DNA of 64,000 nucleotides from contig JAUZTB010000033.1 of assembly GCA_034780895.1 (NCBI GenBank), forward strand, positions 26,713,051 through 26,777,050. Direction: 5' to 3'. Positions 61,900 to 64,000 of the stretch are shown here, piece after piece. The DNA comes from Rhynchobatus australiae (lineage: Eukaryota). The translations under genes were made by a program, and so were the position numbers. The notes under the pieces are model-generated. The model was not told the origin of the DNA. It saw nothing but the letters and a program-made list of their open reading frames with translations, and made no database searches. Within the stretch, counting starts at the first letter, position 1, and each line of letters opens with the position of its first letter.

Positions 61900-62990
61900 C
61901 ATCAATTTCAAAACGGAATATCGCGGCTTGGATCGACAGCTGAACATCTGTCAAGAGAGGATCTTTAAATACTGGCAGCATGGGAGAGTTTAACTCTAAA
62001 TCACAGACCCTCTCACCTTAGGGGTGTGCGGTGTGTCGAAGAGCCGGAGCTTCCTCAGGGTTTTGTGAGGCGGGGTGTCGGGACAGTCCGGGATAGGGGA
62101 GCTACATTCCTCCTGGTCGCCGCCCTCTCGGATCGGGGAGCTGCACTCTTCGCGCTCGCCGCTCTCCCGCAGCGGTGAGCTGGAGGACTCCTCCATGTCT
62201 CGGCGGTCCCGGTAGTCACGGCGGCCTTTGAGGGGGGAGGGGCTGCTAATGAACCCGTCCTCCCAGCTCAGATTGACCATCTCCAGCTCCTCGTCCCGCT
62301 GACCGTCGGCGCTCTCGCCGTACTTGCGCTCGGGGTCCGGGGACTCCTGGAAGGCCGAATCCTCGGTGCTGTTACCGCCGTCCTCCTCCTCCTCCTCGTC
62401 GCTACCGGAGAAGTTCAGCTTCTGCACCAAGGAGGTGGATGCCCCGCCGGGGCCGGTACCAGTCTTCAGACACACTTGGCGGAAACTCATGACGACCCAG
62501 ACCCCACCAACTCGGGGAAGGGGCAGAACGGGAGGCAGCGGCCCGAACTTGGGCGGTTGGAGTGGGTCGAAGCCGCGGGCAGAAAGCTGGCCAACCCGGG
62601 ACCGGTCTGGAGTATACAAACAAACAAGCCGCAGATTCAAAGTACCGGCGAACGGTCCGGCTCCGACGACGATTCGCGCCCGCACTCCTCTCGACGGCGG
62701 CGCTGGCCGATCGGTGTGGGCCGGCAGCCCGAACCCCCTACCCGCCGCTGGGCGTCGGTTCCCGCAGTCGGCCGAGCCGCGCACACGCCGCGACCCCGCA
62801 GCTTTCCCGCGACCGTTAGTCACGTGACCACTCCCGGCCAATAGCAGCCGCGCTCCGAGTTTTCAAAAACACTGGTCACAAGACTTGCTGCTCCCCGGCT
62901 GCGTGCGCAGACAGGCAGAAGGCGTCATTTTCGCGCCAAACGTTCTTGACCTCGTTCAACCTTCCTCAAGCGCCGCCTCCCCCCTTCTCC
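61900..62990 (-). promoter_or_regulatory. WEE1: WEE1 CpG island and promoter
   Basis: GC- and CpG-rich block over exon 1. E2F TTTCCCGC 62803-62810, E-box GTCACGTGAC 62819-62828, CCAAT 62838-62842, CHR-like TTTGAA (minus) 62867-62862, double E2F TTTCGCGCCAAA 62929-62940. Confidence 0.85.
62017..62490 (-). CDS. WEE1: WEE1 kinase coding exon 1 (N-terminal regulatory domain)
   Basis: ATG at 62490 (GTCGTCATGA). Translates MSFRQ...FSGSDEEEEEDGGNSTEDSAFQE...SWEDGFISSPSP...PDTPPHKTLRKLRLFDTPHTPK, matching the WEE1 DSAFQE and EGF-SSP degron regions and the Wee box. Donor AAG|GTGAGA; 474 nt, phase 0. Confidence 0.96.
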
Positions 62991-63502
62991 CCTGTTGCTA
63001 TTGTTTTAAACTAATCTTCAGAAACTTTACTCCTGTTGATTGCAACGAATTTTGCAACATTTCAGAAAAGTGAATAAACAATACTGCTCTTTATTAGATC
63101 AAAGTGGAGTCAAGTGTTTGTTTTTACGTTCTATTGTTAAAGTAACTCCCCCGAATAAGAGGAGTTAAACATAATAAATCTAATCAACTATTTGACAAAG
63201 TTTGCCATTTCACATTGTTTGAAAGTTAATCAAATGCAATTTTAAGTGTGATTGTGTTTGCTATTTGTATCCTGTCGCTTCGCTGTCATTATGAAACTGC
63301 AGATTTACAAAGAGACCTTTATTTCCAAATGATGACTCAGTGATACTGAATTGTGTGTATAACTGGATAATCTTGTGCTAAACATTTAGTCAAAACAAAT
63401 GACTAATACAATCCTTGGGCTACTTGATAAACGTTTTACTATAATGGATTTAAAAAAAATAACATAAACTTAATAACTTAATAAATAAACTTAAATAACT
63501 TA

Positions 63503-63801
63503 CAATAAAAGTCTAACAATCCAGGTACCTTCAGGACTTCGGTGGTGCCACACCAGGAGATTTGCTGGACTATTGGATATTATAAAATGTTAGTAAATTT
63601 TCCAGTGAACCTAGTGAGCTTAAAGGGAGTGAGAAATTTTCAAGCACCCTGAACTCAACCCCAATCCAACTGCACCCCGGTTCCCTACCTCAGGCTAAAC
63701 ACCCAGTTTGCAGACTGGACCCCCATTTCACAATCCGGATTAACGATTGAGCCAAGAACCAAATTTCCAAACAATCGGATGCCAGATTATCAGAGTTTTA
63801 G
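63503..63801. mobile_element. Decayed Tc1/pogo-like MITE
   Basis: Left end TACAATAAAAGTCTAACAATCCAG versus right end CCAGATTATCAGAGTTTTAGTA; imperfect inverted repeats. Confidence 0.5.
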
Positions 63802-64000
63802 TACATTGAATCCATACCACAGAAGTATATCAGTGTTTATATTCCACTTGAGTGTCCTCCTAAATATCTCTTTACATAGTTCCTCTATCCCTGTATTTCC
63901 TTCCCTCTTAACAAGCCTCCCCTTAAAATTAGCTTTGGCAATCTTCCAAGATCAATCAGCAATCGAAGATTAATTTGCAGTATTTAATGGTGAAAGGAAC

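Noticed and set aside
62491-62841. 117-codon in-frame extension upstream of the WEE1 ATG (ORF 61996..62841)
   Set aside because: It starts at TTG within the promoter motifs, has no ATG and no WEE1 similarity. Long stop-free frames are expected in a GC-rich island.
62324-62844. Plus-strand ORFs of 85-167 aa over WEE1 exon 1 and 5'UTR
   Set aside because: Low-complexity Arg/Pro/Gly translations typical of CpG-island antisense frames.
1-64000. CRISPR arrays, operons or other prokaryote-type systems
   Set aside because: No regularly spaced repeat-spacer structure and no long intronless ORFs; the window is intron-rich vertebrate DNA.

Overview
This is vertebrate genomic DNA from a gappy draft assembly. 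The repeat content (V-SINE/HE1-type SINEs, CR1/HER1-type LINEs, Deu-domain SINEs, Penelope-like elements) points to a cartilaginous fish, probably a batoid. Two protein-coding genes lie on the minus strand in the same order as in human. WEE1 is complete: 11 coding exons, 62490->46198, 1866 nt, 621 aa, all introns GT-AG with consistent phase. SWAP70 is partial: coding exons 1-4, 37032->11604, with the remainder apparently left of the window. Both genes start in CpG islands. Introns and intergenic DNA are mostly decayed CR1, L2, Penelope, SINE, Tigger-like MITE and Gypsy remnants. No prokaryote-type system, CRISPR array, or tRNA/rRNA gene is visible. Most worth a second look: (1) a 1.15 kb AT-rich but CpG-undepleted, foreign-looking block in WEE1 intron 6; (2) a CpG-rich DNA-transposon end in SWAP70 intron 4; (3) hammerhead-ribozyme-like cores in Penelope-derived repeats; (4) a 13-aa tandem repeat adding CDK/Polo-box motifs to WEE1; (5) dense motif clusters in the WEE1 promoter and 3'UTR; (6) two unexplained local direct repeats bracketing SWAP70 exons 1 and 4. 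Repeat boundaries are approximate and all counts were made by eye.
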